The notes beneath the pieces were generated by a model. That model searched no databases and had not been told where the DNA came from. It saw only the letters and a program-made list of their open reading frames with translations. This document shows, piece by piece, positions 23,883 to 35,005 of a DNA stretch of 64,000 nucleotides (its first letter is position 1; every line of letters begins with the position of its first letter). The DNA comes from Macrostomum lignano. Lineage: Eukaryota. The stretch is from positions 1 to 64,000 of the forward strand of contig NIVC01002621.1 in the NCBI GenBank assembly GCA_002269645.1, read 5' to 3'. Both the position numbers and the translations under genes were made by a program.

Positions 23883-26800
23883 CTACGGTACCAGCTGCAA
23901 TCCAAGTCTGCCTGATGGCTCCCTTGCCGCTCTGGCTGAGTTCAACTGTTGCTGCTGTTGCGGCTGCTGCTGCTGTTGAGGTTGTTGCCGCTGGTACTGC
24001 AGCTGACGCACCGGCTCCCTCATCTCTTCGTCCTCCAGACTCGCCAGGTACCTTAGTATGGCTTCGAAATCTTGCGGCATCCTGAAATGATTTAGCGATG
24101 CAGATGTCCCGTATGTTACTTGCAGTAGTCGTATCCTTTTCCAAAGAAGCGTTTCGGTCGCTTAAACTTGAGCTACCTGTTTCGAGAGGCTGCTGCACTG
24201 CCAACGTTTGAAGACCTTTTGCCCGCGTCTCGGCTGGTGCAGACGCTCATCAGGATGCACAGCAGCTCGATGAACTCCATGACGCTGAGCAGCGAAATTC
24301 CTGCGGGGCAGGCGAGTATGCGCTTTGTGTCAGCTGGGATATGGGTTTGTGTCAGCTGGGGTATGCGTTTGTGTCAGCTGGGGGGATGCGTTTTGTGTCA
24401 GCTGGGATATGGCTTTGTGTCAGCTTCGGGATGTGTTTGTGTCAGCTTCGGGATGCGTTTGTGTCAGCTGGGGTATGCGTTTGTGTCAGCTTCGGGATGC
24501 GTTTGTGTCAGCTGGGGGATGCGTTTGTGTCAGCTTCGGGATGCGTTTGTGTCAGCTGGGGTATGCGTTTGTCTCAGCTTCGGGATGCGTTTGTGTCAGC
24601 TTCGGGATGCGTTTGTGTCAGCTGGGGTATGCGTTTGTGTCAGCTTCGGGATGCGTTTGTGTCAGCTGGGGTATGCGTTTGTGTCAGCTTCGGGATGCGT
24701 TTGTGTCAGCTTCGGGATGCGTTTGTGTCAGCTGGGGTATGCGTTTGTGTCAGCTTCGGGATGCGTTTGTGTCAGCTGGGGTATGCGTTTGTGTCAGCTT
24801 CGGGATGCGTTTGTGTCAGCTTCGGGATGCGTTTGTGTCAGCTGGAGGGATGGGTTGGTGTCAGCTGGAGGGAAGGGTTGGTATCAGCTGGAGGGATGGG
24901 TTGGTGTCAGCTGGAGGGATGGGTTGGTGTCAGCTGGAGGGATGGGTTGGTGTCAGCTGAGGATGGGTTGGTGTCAGCTGGGGTATGCGTTTGTGTCAGC
25001 TTCGGGATGGGTTGGTGTCAGCTGGGGATGGGTTGGTGTCAGCTGGGGATGGGTTGGTGTCAGCTGGGGATGGGTTGGTGTCAGCTGGGGATGGGTTGGT
25101 GTCAGCTGGGGATGGGTTGGTGTCAGCTGGGGATGGTTTGGTGTCAGCTGGGGATTGGTTGGTGTCAGCTGGGAATGGGTTGGTGTCAGCTGGGGATGGG
25201 TTGGTGTCAGCTGGGGATGGGTTGGTGTCAGCTGGGGATGGGTTGGTGTCAGCTGGGGATGGGTTGGTGTCAGCTGGGGATGGGTTGGTGTCAGCTGGGG
25301 ATGGGTTGGTGTCAGCTGGGGATGGGTTGGTGTCAGCTGGGGATGGGTTGGTGTCAGCTGGGGATGGGTTGGTGTCAGCTGAGTGGCACAGTGATGGCGC
25401 GATCGGCCAGAGCTCATTCAGCTTCCTGCAGCTTCAAATAGTTTGACAGCGCAGTTCACACAGAGTACGACGCTCCCACATGGTGACGTTCTGTGTGTTC
25501 GAGTGCACAAAAATCACTTACTGATGGGCTGGTCATGCCAGAGGGGGGGCAAGAGTTTCGGGCTCTGTTGTTCACTTGACAGCTGCGGCACGGTTGCCCA
25601 ATCAACCAATAGTATTGGGCAGGACTTCGAGATGGGAGAATTGGAATATGGGGACGACTGACTGCAGAGACTGGCAGGAACAGCCGCTACCAAGCTGTCT
25701 TGCGTCCCGACCCTCCTCTGCCCGAGAGCCCGCTTGTGCAGATAAATTGAAGCTCTGCTCCGAGACAGATACCGAAATGCACAGCTTGGGTTTATTTTAT
25801 ATAGTTGCTGGGCAATGCTGGTGGGTAATTCCAGCCTGCCATGCACAGTGCATCCACTTCGGCTACTAATTTCGTAATTCGCCTCCCTCAGAAAATGCAC
25901 ATGTAGTTTGGCCTCTCTCGACCCGGCACAGGCCTGCCTGTGCAATCTGTCTTTCTGCAGCCATCTGCGGCAGGCAGGCAGGAAGCGAGGCAGAGACAGG
26001 GGGAGAAATGCAAGACGGGAAATAGATTAGCGGCCTGGCGCGCCGTTGGCTCGAAGCTTGACATTTCGCTTTGCTGCTGCACCGAGAAGGACGGTTGAAG
26101 GAGGCCCTCCGAGTCCCTTGGCGTCAGCGGGATCCCGGGTGTGTGCGGGCTGCACTTTCTTACCATTTTTGCTCACTAGCAACGGGGATCTGACACCGCA
26201 AGTGCGAGTGCATTTATGCCCTAGGCTGTATTAAGTACAACCAGCTGGGCCTTGGGCTACATATTACTATTAGTAGATCGTTAAATGGGGATAAAAAAAT
26301 TCAGAGATCTTCAAAAACCTCAGCCTCACCCATCCACAGGCCGAAGATGCCGCCAACCTCGCTGAGTGCCTCCGGCCAGTCGTAGCTGTACTCCTCCATG
26401 TAGACGCCCGCGTGGGTCGAGGCAGGTTTGATCCAGATCTGGGCAACGTTTGCCTTCAACTTGGCTCTGGAGATGCACCACGAGTCTACCAAGGGTGCGT
26501 CCGTGCCATTCTCCTTCCGGCAGTCCGGGTTGAACAGGTGCCGAATGATGGCCTCGGCCCGGCTGTTCCGCGACTTCAGCAGGTGCATAACCTGGTCCTC
26601 ATTCTGCAGCTCGGCGATGTAAGACGGCATGAAGACGTAGTTCACAAAGTCAATCAGCTCGTCACTTCGCGGCCAGGGCACCTGCACTTTGGTGGCCTGC
26701 AGCTTCCAGCTGGTGCAAGGCTTGTATTCATCTTTCTGCTGCAGCAGTTCCGAGGTTTTCTGCTCAGCCAGTTTGAATGAGTTGGTGTGGCAGGCGAGCC

Positions 26801-27995
26801 GCTGCATGAACTCCATGGAAGGGTGAATTCTGTGCTGCGGATCAGCGTAGAGGCACAACAAGCTGGTGTTGAACTTGAACGGCAGCAGATGAGTGTAGCA
26901 ACCGCATTTGTCAAATATCATCTTCTGCTGGGCCTCCATCACTGCTTCCGGTTGAGTTAAACGATAGCTCCGTAGTCCAGTGACGTTCGGGCCGAAGTAC
27001 CTCACATAGGAGATGGTCTCCGGCTCTTCTGCGTTGCACACATGCGATGGTGGCCTGTTCAACGTGTTCACCTGCTTTGTGTTGACCTCAATGGTGGTTG
27101 AGGCGCCGCTGGACACGTCAAAGGCAATATCTGATGTGGTGGGAAACTGGCTCTCATTGTGTATGAAGATTCTCAGGCCTTCAGCCTCCCATTTGTTGCC
27201 GGTAAGCACCTGATTTAAGGTCCGATTTCCGCGACCCAAGTACGTGCGCAGCGAATACGGATTGGTGATCTCGTCCTCTCTGGTCATGCTTCGGAGATAA
27301 TTCACCGAGTCGTCCAGCCTGTTGCTGTCGAAGTTTGAGTCTGTGAACAGAATCAGCCTCAGCCCGCTGTCCTGATCGCTGTTGTCAATCGTGCGGTCGC
27401 CATCGAGGGGCTGGAACGTGTAGCAGTTCCAGTAACGGTGGTGCTGAACTAATTTAAAGTTGGAGGCATTGCAGTGCTTGTTCTTATACAGGCACATCAG
27501 CAGCGTGTGTCTGTCACTGAGCCCGAACTCTCGGGTGTCGTCCGATACCCAGAAAATGTCCGTGTACGTCTTGAGCAGTTCGCGCTGCCTTTCCTTGTAT
27601 TCGACTCGGGTCTCGCTGTGTTTCCGGCTTCGCAATCCGAACAGCCAGTTATCAAAAAAATTCCACACCTGGTCCAGGTGGTGGAACAGCGCGGCTTTCT
27701 CTTCCTCGGCGTGAAGCAGCGCCTCGGACACGGGCTTCAGGTTGCAGATGGTCACGCCGGGGAACAGGGCCTGCGGGCCTTCGTCCCGGTAGATGCTGGT
27801 GATGGGCGACTCCAGGTAGTTGCTAACCGTGGCGTAGATGTGATAGACGCAGGCCCCGCTGGCTGCGAAGGTCAGCACAAGCCAGAACGCCTTGCGCCAC
27901 AGGTCGCCGCTCTGAAACATGTGGCTCAGTCCGTGCAGAGTGGACCGGTGCCCGTACTCAGTAAGCACGGTCGCCGCCGCCTTCACGTTCGACAT
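23883..27995 (-). CDS. DEG/ENaC family channel (FaNaC-like TM2); 3 exons (27995-26330, 24300-24177, 24081-23883), ~662 aa
   Basis: STLHGL pre-TM1 HG motif, TM1, FPGVTICN, NCYTF, GLRLIL, GLRIFIH, CGC. Splicing across a 2-kb intron completes TM2 as EVGGIFGLWMG|ISLLSVMEFIELL with the GxS filter. Both introns are GT-AG and phase compatible. Exon 3 is less certain (alternative: stop after ...SRNR). Confidence 0.9.
24320..25382. repeat. Intronic minisatellite grading from a 22-bp unit (TTTGTGTCAGCTTCGGGATGCG) to a 21-bp unit (GGGTTGGTGTCAGCTGGGGAT)
   Basis: Shared GTGTCAGCT core; visible transition near 24840-25010. Confidence 0.93.
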
Positions 27996-28001
27996 TGCTT
28001 T

Positions 28002-28004
28002 TGC

Positions 28005-28042
<38 letters not shown>
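28002..28042 (-). repeat. (CAG)~13 triplet repeat just upstream of the DEG/ENaC ATG
   Basis: (TGC)n on the + strand ending 7 nt from the start codon. Confidence 0.9.
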
Positions 28043-28043
<1 letters not shown>

Positions 28044-29492
28044 AGAAGTCTAGAAATTTTGCAGCTGCTTTAGTCTTGCTAAGACGGTCGATACTAATAG
28101 GCTTCCCCTGCGCCAAGGACTGGGAAAAGTGAAACGCAGTCTGTTGCTCCCCGGCTCTAAATTAGGGAAGAGCGCAAGAACGCTAAGCCCTTCCAAAGAG
28201 GATCCGCCGCCAGGTATTGGACCCCTCCTGATGGCCATTCAGTGAAGGACGGTCGGCTCCCTCTCGGGTGGTGCGTCACCTCCCAACTGTACTAAAAAAG
28301 GTCAGTACAGCATTCTCTGCATTCTCTTTGGGGAAAAATTGCCCCAATATTATTCTCTTCGCGTAAACGACAAAGCGAAAAATTCAATGAAATAGACCAT
28401 AACTGCGGCCCGCTAAGCCTCTCTATCCGGCCCTCGGGTCCTTTGAAACTTCACAACATCGATCCGGCCGGCTCAAGCCTTGTGTCTCTTCTCAGCTCTC
28501 TTAACTTCCCTCTCTCCTCTCTCCTCTTTTCTTCTCTTATCCCATTCTGATCCCAGCTGGGTTCTTTATCTGGCCTTTGAGGTAAACAAGTATTAAGGTT
28601 TTGTGCCTCTGTTTCAGTGCACTGTTTGGCCAATTTCATTGGATAACAGACACGCCGTATTTTCATCATTTTCGTTACTCGCCTTGCAGAAAAGCCAGCT
28701 TGCCTCAATAGCAAAGAGTTTACGCGACGTGTCTGCTTCTGCACAACAGCTCTGTTGCTTTTTTAGCACAAAAGCCTGCTCGAATTTAGTCTCCACGCGC
28801 ACAGTAGCCAGGCATTAACAATGGCCGCCTGTACAGCTTATTCATTATCCCCAGGCTGCTCGGGTCAGGCAAGACAGTCAAGATGCCCCGCACCCAGTCA
28901 CCGCCCCTCCTCCAGCACTGGAACGGACAATAGCCCCGTCATGGACTACTCCACTTGGAGTCTGGATGGCGAAACCACAGTTGTCCAATATTTAATCAGA
29001 ATTTGAAAGTCGATTTTAATGCCATCCGATGCACATCACGAGAGTCAAAAATCGTTTATGCGGAAGATTATTACATGATTATTAGCGCATTGCTTTCGAT
29101 AGATTTTGTTGTGGTATAAGAAAGAACTGGGCTGGTTATTCCCTTGCCATATAAATGCTTTTTAGAACTTCTTGGCTCGGGTCGCGAGCTGCATAACAAG
29201 CTGTCTATTGTGTCGACCAGTCGATATCTGTTGGTTACTCCGCGAGTGCGAGCCCGCCATTCCAGCACTGCAGCTGTTGCAGCAATATCAACCGCAGTGA
29301 CAATGTTGGTGAGTGCAAGTTTCTGTCTTTATATTGAATTCAGAGGAAGAAAAAACATGCAGCTACCCTAAAAAACCAATTCCGCTGGATATCTCCGTTC
29401 TCGAGGTTGAGAGAAATATACGATTTATTGTCATAGGGCGCGTTACTTCCCCGATAGGCTTCGCCCTCGCCCATAAACCAGTCCTCAGCCAT

Positions 29493-29790
29493 TTGCGGCC
29501 ACAATCAATGAAGCCAGCTGGGCAATGGGGTCCGGCCATAGACTACAGAAACACTTCCCTTCCCCTGCCTTTGTTTGCGGCCACAATCAATGAAGCCAGC
29601 TGGGCAATGGGGTCCGGCCATAGACTACAGAAACACTTCCCTTCCCCTGCCTTTGTTTCCGGCCACAATCAATGAAGCCAGCTGGGCAATGGGGTCCGGC
29701 CATAGACTACAGAAACACTTCCCTTCCCCTGTCTTTGTTTCCGGCCACAATCAATGAAGCCAGCTGGGCAATGGGGTCCGGCCATAGACT
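29493..29790. repeat. 82-bp tandem repeat, ~3.6 near-identical copies
   Basis: GGCCACAATCAATGAAGCCAGCTGGG at 29497, 29579, 29661 and 29743. Confidence 0.95.
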
Positions 29791-30531
29791 ACATAAAACG
29801 TATTTATAAAACTCCAAATTAATGAATTTCTGTGGCGGAAGGCTGCAAGTACACATAGGGGCGGCGGCGTAGAAGAAGCAGCCTTCGCGCTCCCCAGCCC
29901 ATCACGACTCGTCTGTGCGCCATTTTAGAACTAATTTTAATGTTAAATACTAAATGAAATTATTTTAACATGATGTCTAACATTCTGAAGATATCGAATT
30001 TAAAGAGAAAAAATCGAGAATGCTTTAATGAATGCGAACTTCCCTGGATACTGAAAGTAGGGTCTGTTGTACAGCCTCGCACGCAGCAACTCAGCGCTGC
30101 TTGTGCTCGCACTTTATCTGCATCAGCAAGTTTGATTTGCTATGCGCAGCTTCAATATCTAAAACTTATTGAACTCAAAGTCTAAAGGGATTGTTGCGCA
30201 ATCGCTAAAGCCATAGACAAGTCTCGGAAGGGGGACATGGGCATATAATTTATATAGCATACGGTTTACTCAGCAGCCCAAAGCCCAATTCTCAAAGCCT
30301 AACTGCACTGGAACCGACAAGCCTCTCGCACTGGCAAGACTCACAAACCAGTGGGGCAATGCTCAACCTGCAGCTTTCATCGGCCTGCGACAAAGCGAGG
30401 CGGGCAAGGCAGTTGTATTTTGCAATGGTAAAAATACTTGACTTTGCAGACAGCACAGAGCTAATAAAAAGAGATCTCCGAAATAAAATTATTACTATGA
30501 ATGTTTCATACTTTTTCAAGATATAAATACT

Positions 30532-30647
30532 GGGGTCGTACTATAAAGCTGTCGTAGCGTAAGTTCGATCGTACGTCGGAACTTTTACACGGCGGAGATA
30601 GGAGCTAAGAACGATCTTATCTTACGATGGCATTATAGAACGGGCCC
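30532..30647. mobile_element. Degenerate palindromic MITE-like element (~116 bp)
   Basis: 5' GGGGTCGTACTATAAAGCTGTCGTAGCGTAAG is an imperfect inverse of 3' CTTATCTTACGATGGCATTATAGAACGGGCCC; no clean TSD. Confidence 0.5.
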
Positions 30648-30829
30648 AAGGTCCCTGCAACCATGGATTTAAGGACTGTCTGTAGAAACAGTCCTGAAGT
30701 CTATCATTAAGAGTACAGGCAAACTATAAGTGATTTCATCTTCATCTCGCTGAGAACAGGTAATCAAAATAGCTCCCCAAGTGCAGTCCTTGAACTGACC
30801 TTGAACCGTTGCTGGCATAAAACCCGCAG

Positions 30830-32255
30830 TTCACCGGGCACAAAAGCTTCACTACAGTCATACTGCTCGGAGTCGGTTTGCTGCTGCTGACCATTCTGTT
30901 TCTAAGAAGCACGCACAAACTTGCAGGCAATGACAAGTTCAGAATACCAGCAACCATGCCACATGCAGCAGAGCTTAAACAAACTGCTAGCGAAGTCATA
31001 CAGCAGCAGCTGCGCCGCGACCAGATCGATCTGGAGTCCATCGGGCACTTCGTGTACAGCGCCTACTTTGACACCAGACCGACGCTCAACGGTCGCAAGT
31101 ACGTCCGCGTGATCACTGTGCTCGATACGAAGGCCTACGAGAAGGAGCTCACCTGCCAGTTCATGCACCAGTCCGGTCACCTCTCCTTCAGCACAGTCGC
31201 CAAGAGGTCTGCTATCGGCGCTGGCATGGGTCACAAGCAGCACTATTACAAGGAGTTCGTGCTGTCTTGCCCCGTCGCAGATGACCTCAGCTCTGCTACC
31301 TTCGTCTTCATTCAAACTGGCGACGCCTCTCTGAGATCGCAGGTGATGCGAGTGAGACACAACCCTCTGTCTCTGGGTCAGAGTCCAAACACCCCTCGTC
31401 AGATCATCAACTGCGTGTCGGTGACCTTTGGCAAGCCGGATGAGTACAGACTGATCGAGTGGCTCGAGGCTCAGAGACTGCTCAAGATGGACAAAGTGCA
31501 GCTGCACTTTCATCACATGACGAACAAAAATTTTGAATCAGTAGCTCAAGCCTACAGTGCAGAAGGATTTGTGGATGTGAGAAAGCTCGGATGTCCGTTT
31601 TGTGAAGCCGGTCAGGAAGAGTCGCTGGGGCTGCTGCTGATGTCTCCCGCCATCAACCAGTGCTTCTATGAGGTAATAGACACGTCATGGTGGACAGTTT
31701 TCAGATTCGTGGTGTCACTCGTCCTTCCTTATCGAATTGCAGAACCTCGGCCGCTACACGTACACGGCGGTGTTCGACCTGGACGAGATCATCGTGCCAC
31801 AGCAGCATCCGGACTATCCCACTCTGCTGAGCGCGCTGGAGAAACGAGCGAACTCGAGCTCGTTCGCCTTCAGGAACTGGTACCACTTCAGCGAGCTCGG
31901 AGAGGACTCCTCGGTGGACCCCAGGATGTACATGCTCCGGCACCCGTACAGCACGAAACAGGAGAGCCCGCTTGGCTATTCTATCAAGTCGATTCACAAA
32001 TCCTGCTGTGTGGTGGCCTTGCACAACCATTTCAGCTGGGAGGACGTCCCCAAGCCGAACACCCAAAGCGGTCATCTCCCAGTGCCTATCGATCTGGGAC
32101 TCAATGAGCACTACAAGAAGTGCCATTTTGACGAGAAAACTTGCAAGGAGATGACTGACGTGAAAGACAGAAAATACGGATTGCGACTTCGTCAACTGCT
32201 CGGCAAGGTGCTCACGGAGTCATTTCGTAGCAAAGTGAAGCAGATTTTTGGGTGA
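30830..32255 (+). CDS. Glycosyltransferase family 92 (DUF23) copy A; exons 30830-31672 and 31743-32255; no genomic in-frame ATG before the signal anchor
   Basis: Type-II anchor VILLGVGLLLLTILFL; FVYSAYFD, CVSVTF, RLIEWLEAQRLL, AINQCFYE|NLGRYTYTAVFDLDEIIVP (DxD), SIKSI..VVALHNH as recalled for GT92/DUF23; 70-nt GT-AG intron at 31673-31742. Confidence 0.8.
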
Positions 32256-32443
32256 CTTGAGTACCCGAAGGAGTTACTCTCTCTAGTTTTTTTGCAAACT
32301 TCATATACTGCTTGATGCTTGATGATAGTACGAAACATTACTAATAGTTCCCGACAGAACAACTTAATTATCTTTGGTTCTGTCAGCTGAATTCCACTAT
32401 ATTCTTATATGCACATTTTCATATAGTAAAGCCAGGAACCATT

Positions 32444-32637
32444 CAATACTAGGGACGGGAAACTACAATAGTTGTAGGCCGATCTATTAATAACTTAGTC
32501 CTCGGAAACCATTACTTGGATTTGTTTTTACCCCAGACAATAGGAGTAAGACCTATCTAAGTAATGCTTTTTGGTTTGAGGACTAAGTTATTAATGGATC
32601 GACCGCCAACGTCATTCGCTTTCCACCCCTAGTATTG
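32444..32637. mobile_element. Palindromic MITE (~194 bp) with 3-bp flanking duplication ATT
   Basis: Ends CAATACTAGGG ... CCCTAGTATTG; internal arms ATTAATAACTTAGTCCTC / GAGGACTAAGTTATTAAT; ATT on both flanks. Confidence 0.7.
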
Positions 32638-33104
32638 ATTAGTCTCAGTGCACAACGTTGTTTCCATAGGTGTAGTCTACTAGTGAATACAATTCATATA
32701 GCAGTTTGTTCGGTGATGCTTGACTTTTTCAATAATTTTGACGCATTTTCAAGCATTGATTACTGTAAGTAATTAGATCTAGAAATTCCAACGTTGAACT
32801 TTACATTTTCTACTGTCTCAAATATTTATACTGCGATGCTCACACTACTCGTAGATGAGTCTGATTTTCAGCAATTAAAGCCAAAAAATCAGACAAAAAG
32901 CACTTCAGACGATAATAGCCAGTTGTTCTAACATGCGGCCTACTTTGATGTTTTACGGAATGACATCGCTAGGGAAAACTGAAATGCACTGTTTTGTTCG
33001 TTAACCAACAAATAGGGATGTGAAATGAGTATGTATGTGTTCATTCGCTGTGAACAAAATGCTTAGAATCATCAAACTAATTTAATAATAATAATTTACA
33101 GTAT

Positions 33105-33360
33105 TATCACCTGCCCTAGTGGGCAGATGTGCAACCGACAGCTCAGCCGCAGCTTTGGCGCGGTGCATCTGAAGGCTGCGTACGGCTGTTCAGTCCAAGG
33201 ACTGGGGGGGGGGTCGCCACACACACCCTCAATTACCCCAGCTAATGCTGGCACCCAGTTTACTCGTACAGCTGGGTGAACACAGATACTAGAATAACTC
33301 GATGGGTCATTCAGCACATTTGCGTGCAAGCTACTTAAGTTGAGTAGTAAGTTAAGCTGA
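33105..33360 (-). mobile_element. SINE 3' portion (same family as 37024-37260)
   Basis: Reverse complement of GGGTGCCAGCATTAGCTG...GGACTGAACAGCCGTACGCAGCCTTCAGATG...GCTGAGCTGTCGGTTGCACATCTGCCC. Confidence 0.8.
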
Positions 33361-33694
33361 AGCATTTTAATCTTTTTTTAAAGACAAGGCTCATTTATTG
33401 GCTCTTCCCCACCAAGCTTAATTAAGCCCTCAAACTCCACACAGAACCTCAACCCCTGCCCCGCCACCCAATTTTTATTGCCTTCCTCGCTTGTTCCAGC
33501 CTAAATCTGCCATGTACATTTCAGTGGCTAATGTACATTATGCCTGAACCAATTAGCAAGCTGTTTAGGTCTGAAAGCTTCTAAATTTATCAAAGTCATC
33601 TCAGCTGCCTTTATTGTTATAAAATAGCTTATGTATTCTTCATTGCTACTGAACTAAAAGTAGAAAGCTGTTTTGTCAAGTATATATGCCTGAG

Positions 33695-34035
33695 TGGCCC
33701 ATCTAGTTATTCTAGTATCTGTGCCTGTTCCAAACTGGGACCCAACCGTCTCAGTTTACGTTGAGCAGCGGTAGCAGCGGATACTGCCATTTTCCGTTTG
33801 GAGACACGCAATGCTGACCGCTGAACTTTGCACCAGTGATAAAATCGCAACCGGGTGAATAAGGTCGCCAACGATGTCATCCGTGCTTGGGTGTTCGGAA
33901 TTGTGCAGTTGAAAAACGGAGCCGGCTTCTCTTTTCGCATTGAGCCCTACGCAGCCTTCAGATGCGCCGCACAATAGCTGCAGCTGAGCTGTCGGTCGCA
34001 CATCTGCCTATTAAGGCAGGTGTAATCAATTATTA
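33695..34035 (+). mobile_element. Interrupted or partial copy of the same SINE family
   Basis: CCCATCTAGTTATTCTAGTATCTGTG (~33698) is shared in inverse with 33280-33310; 3' tail TACGCAGCCTTCAGATG...GCTGAGCTGTCGGTCGCACATCTGCC at ~33947-34008. Confidence 0.65.
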
Positions 34036-35005
34036 TTTATTATTATTATGCATCTCTGAATTCCCTGTCTAGGCAGTAAGCCAGTACTCGAAAGGTGGGT
34101 CATACAGAGTGCAGTACTCAAGTACACGAGTTCTTGCTGTCGTGCGCACGGGCGCGAGAGCTCACAGCTGACAATCTCACTGAGTCTGGGGCGTCAGGTG
34201 GTGCAGGCTGCCTTCAGCAAGGTGTCAGGACGGCCGCAGGCAAGAGGCAGAGGATGCAATACGAGCATACAGTAGATGTATGTCAACCTGGACCTGGACC
34301 AGACCTCTGGCAGCCTCTGGCAACCGAATGAAAGAAGACAGAACAAAGCACTTACTTCGTTGGCAACGATGAGTTGGCATAAGTCCTTAAAACTCGCGGC
34401 CTGCCGTCTCAACCGATTTATATTTGAGATAATTCCGTAATGTGGTATGTCTGGAACCGAACTACACGGACTATTAAGTACGTTGGGCGTTCGCAGTAAG
34501 GGACCGTGTTTACGGCTGGCAGCTCCAGCTGTACAGCTAGGTAGTGAAACAATACGACGTATCTCAAGCCCGAGCGCGCGAGAGGCGGGGCAAGCGACGC
34601 TGCGCTAAAATAAATTAGCCACAGTACGCAAGGGGAAAGGCTGGCTCAGAGCCCCATTAGCCAATCACAGCGCAGAGTTACAGAAATGTACTGCAAGAGA
34701 TGGCCTGGCTGCAGCCAATCATCGCACAACAAACAAGGGGATAATTAACAGAGGGTTAAACGATAAAATAGAAAACTAGGGCTTAAGCTAACTGGCTGAG
34801 ACACACCTTGCATACATTGAGGTGTGTCACACAGGGTAATTCACGCAGACATCAAAGTGGGGACGAGACGCATGGGGATGACTCAGGGAGGGATGCACTT
34901 GCACTGCAACGGTACAAACACAACGTGGAACAGGAGCAAATGCGCTCTATAAATCGCTTGAAATTGCTAAATTCCACAGTGCTGGCTTAGGACGCTGCAT
35001 CAGCC

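Noticed and set aside
23857-24204. 115-aa minus-strand ORF as a separate gene
   Set aside because: It overlaps DEG/ENaC exons 2-3 in another frame and crosses the predicted 95-nt intron.
29493-29790. CRISPR-like regular array
   Set aside because: Units are fully repeated with no unique spacers; eukaryotic context with no cas genes.
31673-32107. Read-through C-termini of ORFs 30878-32107 and 42591-44156 (VIDTSWW...SGTQ)
   Set aside because: They run through the 70-nt GT-AG intron out of frame; splicing restores the DxD-containing GT92 half.
34540-34760. Possible piggyBac-type end (AGAGGGTTAA) with CCAATC motifs
   Set aside because: No matching opposite terminus found in the window.
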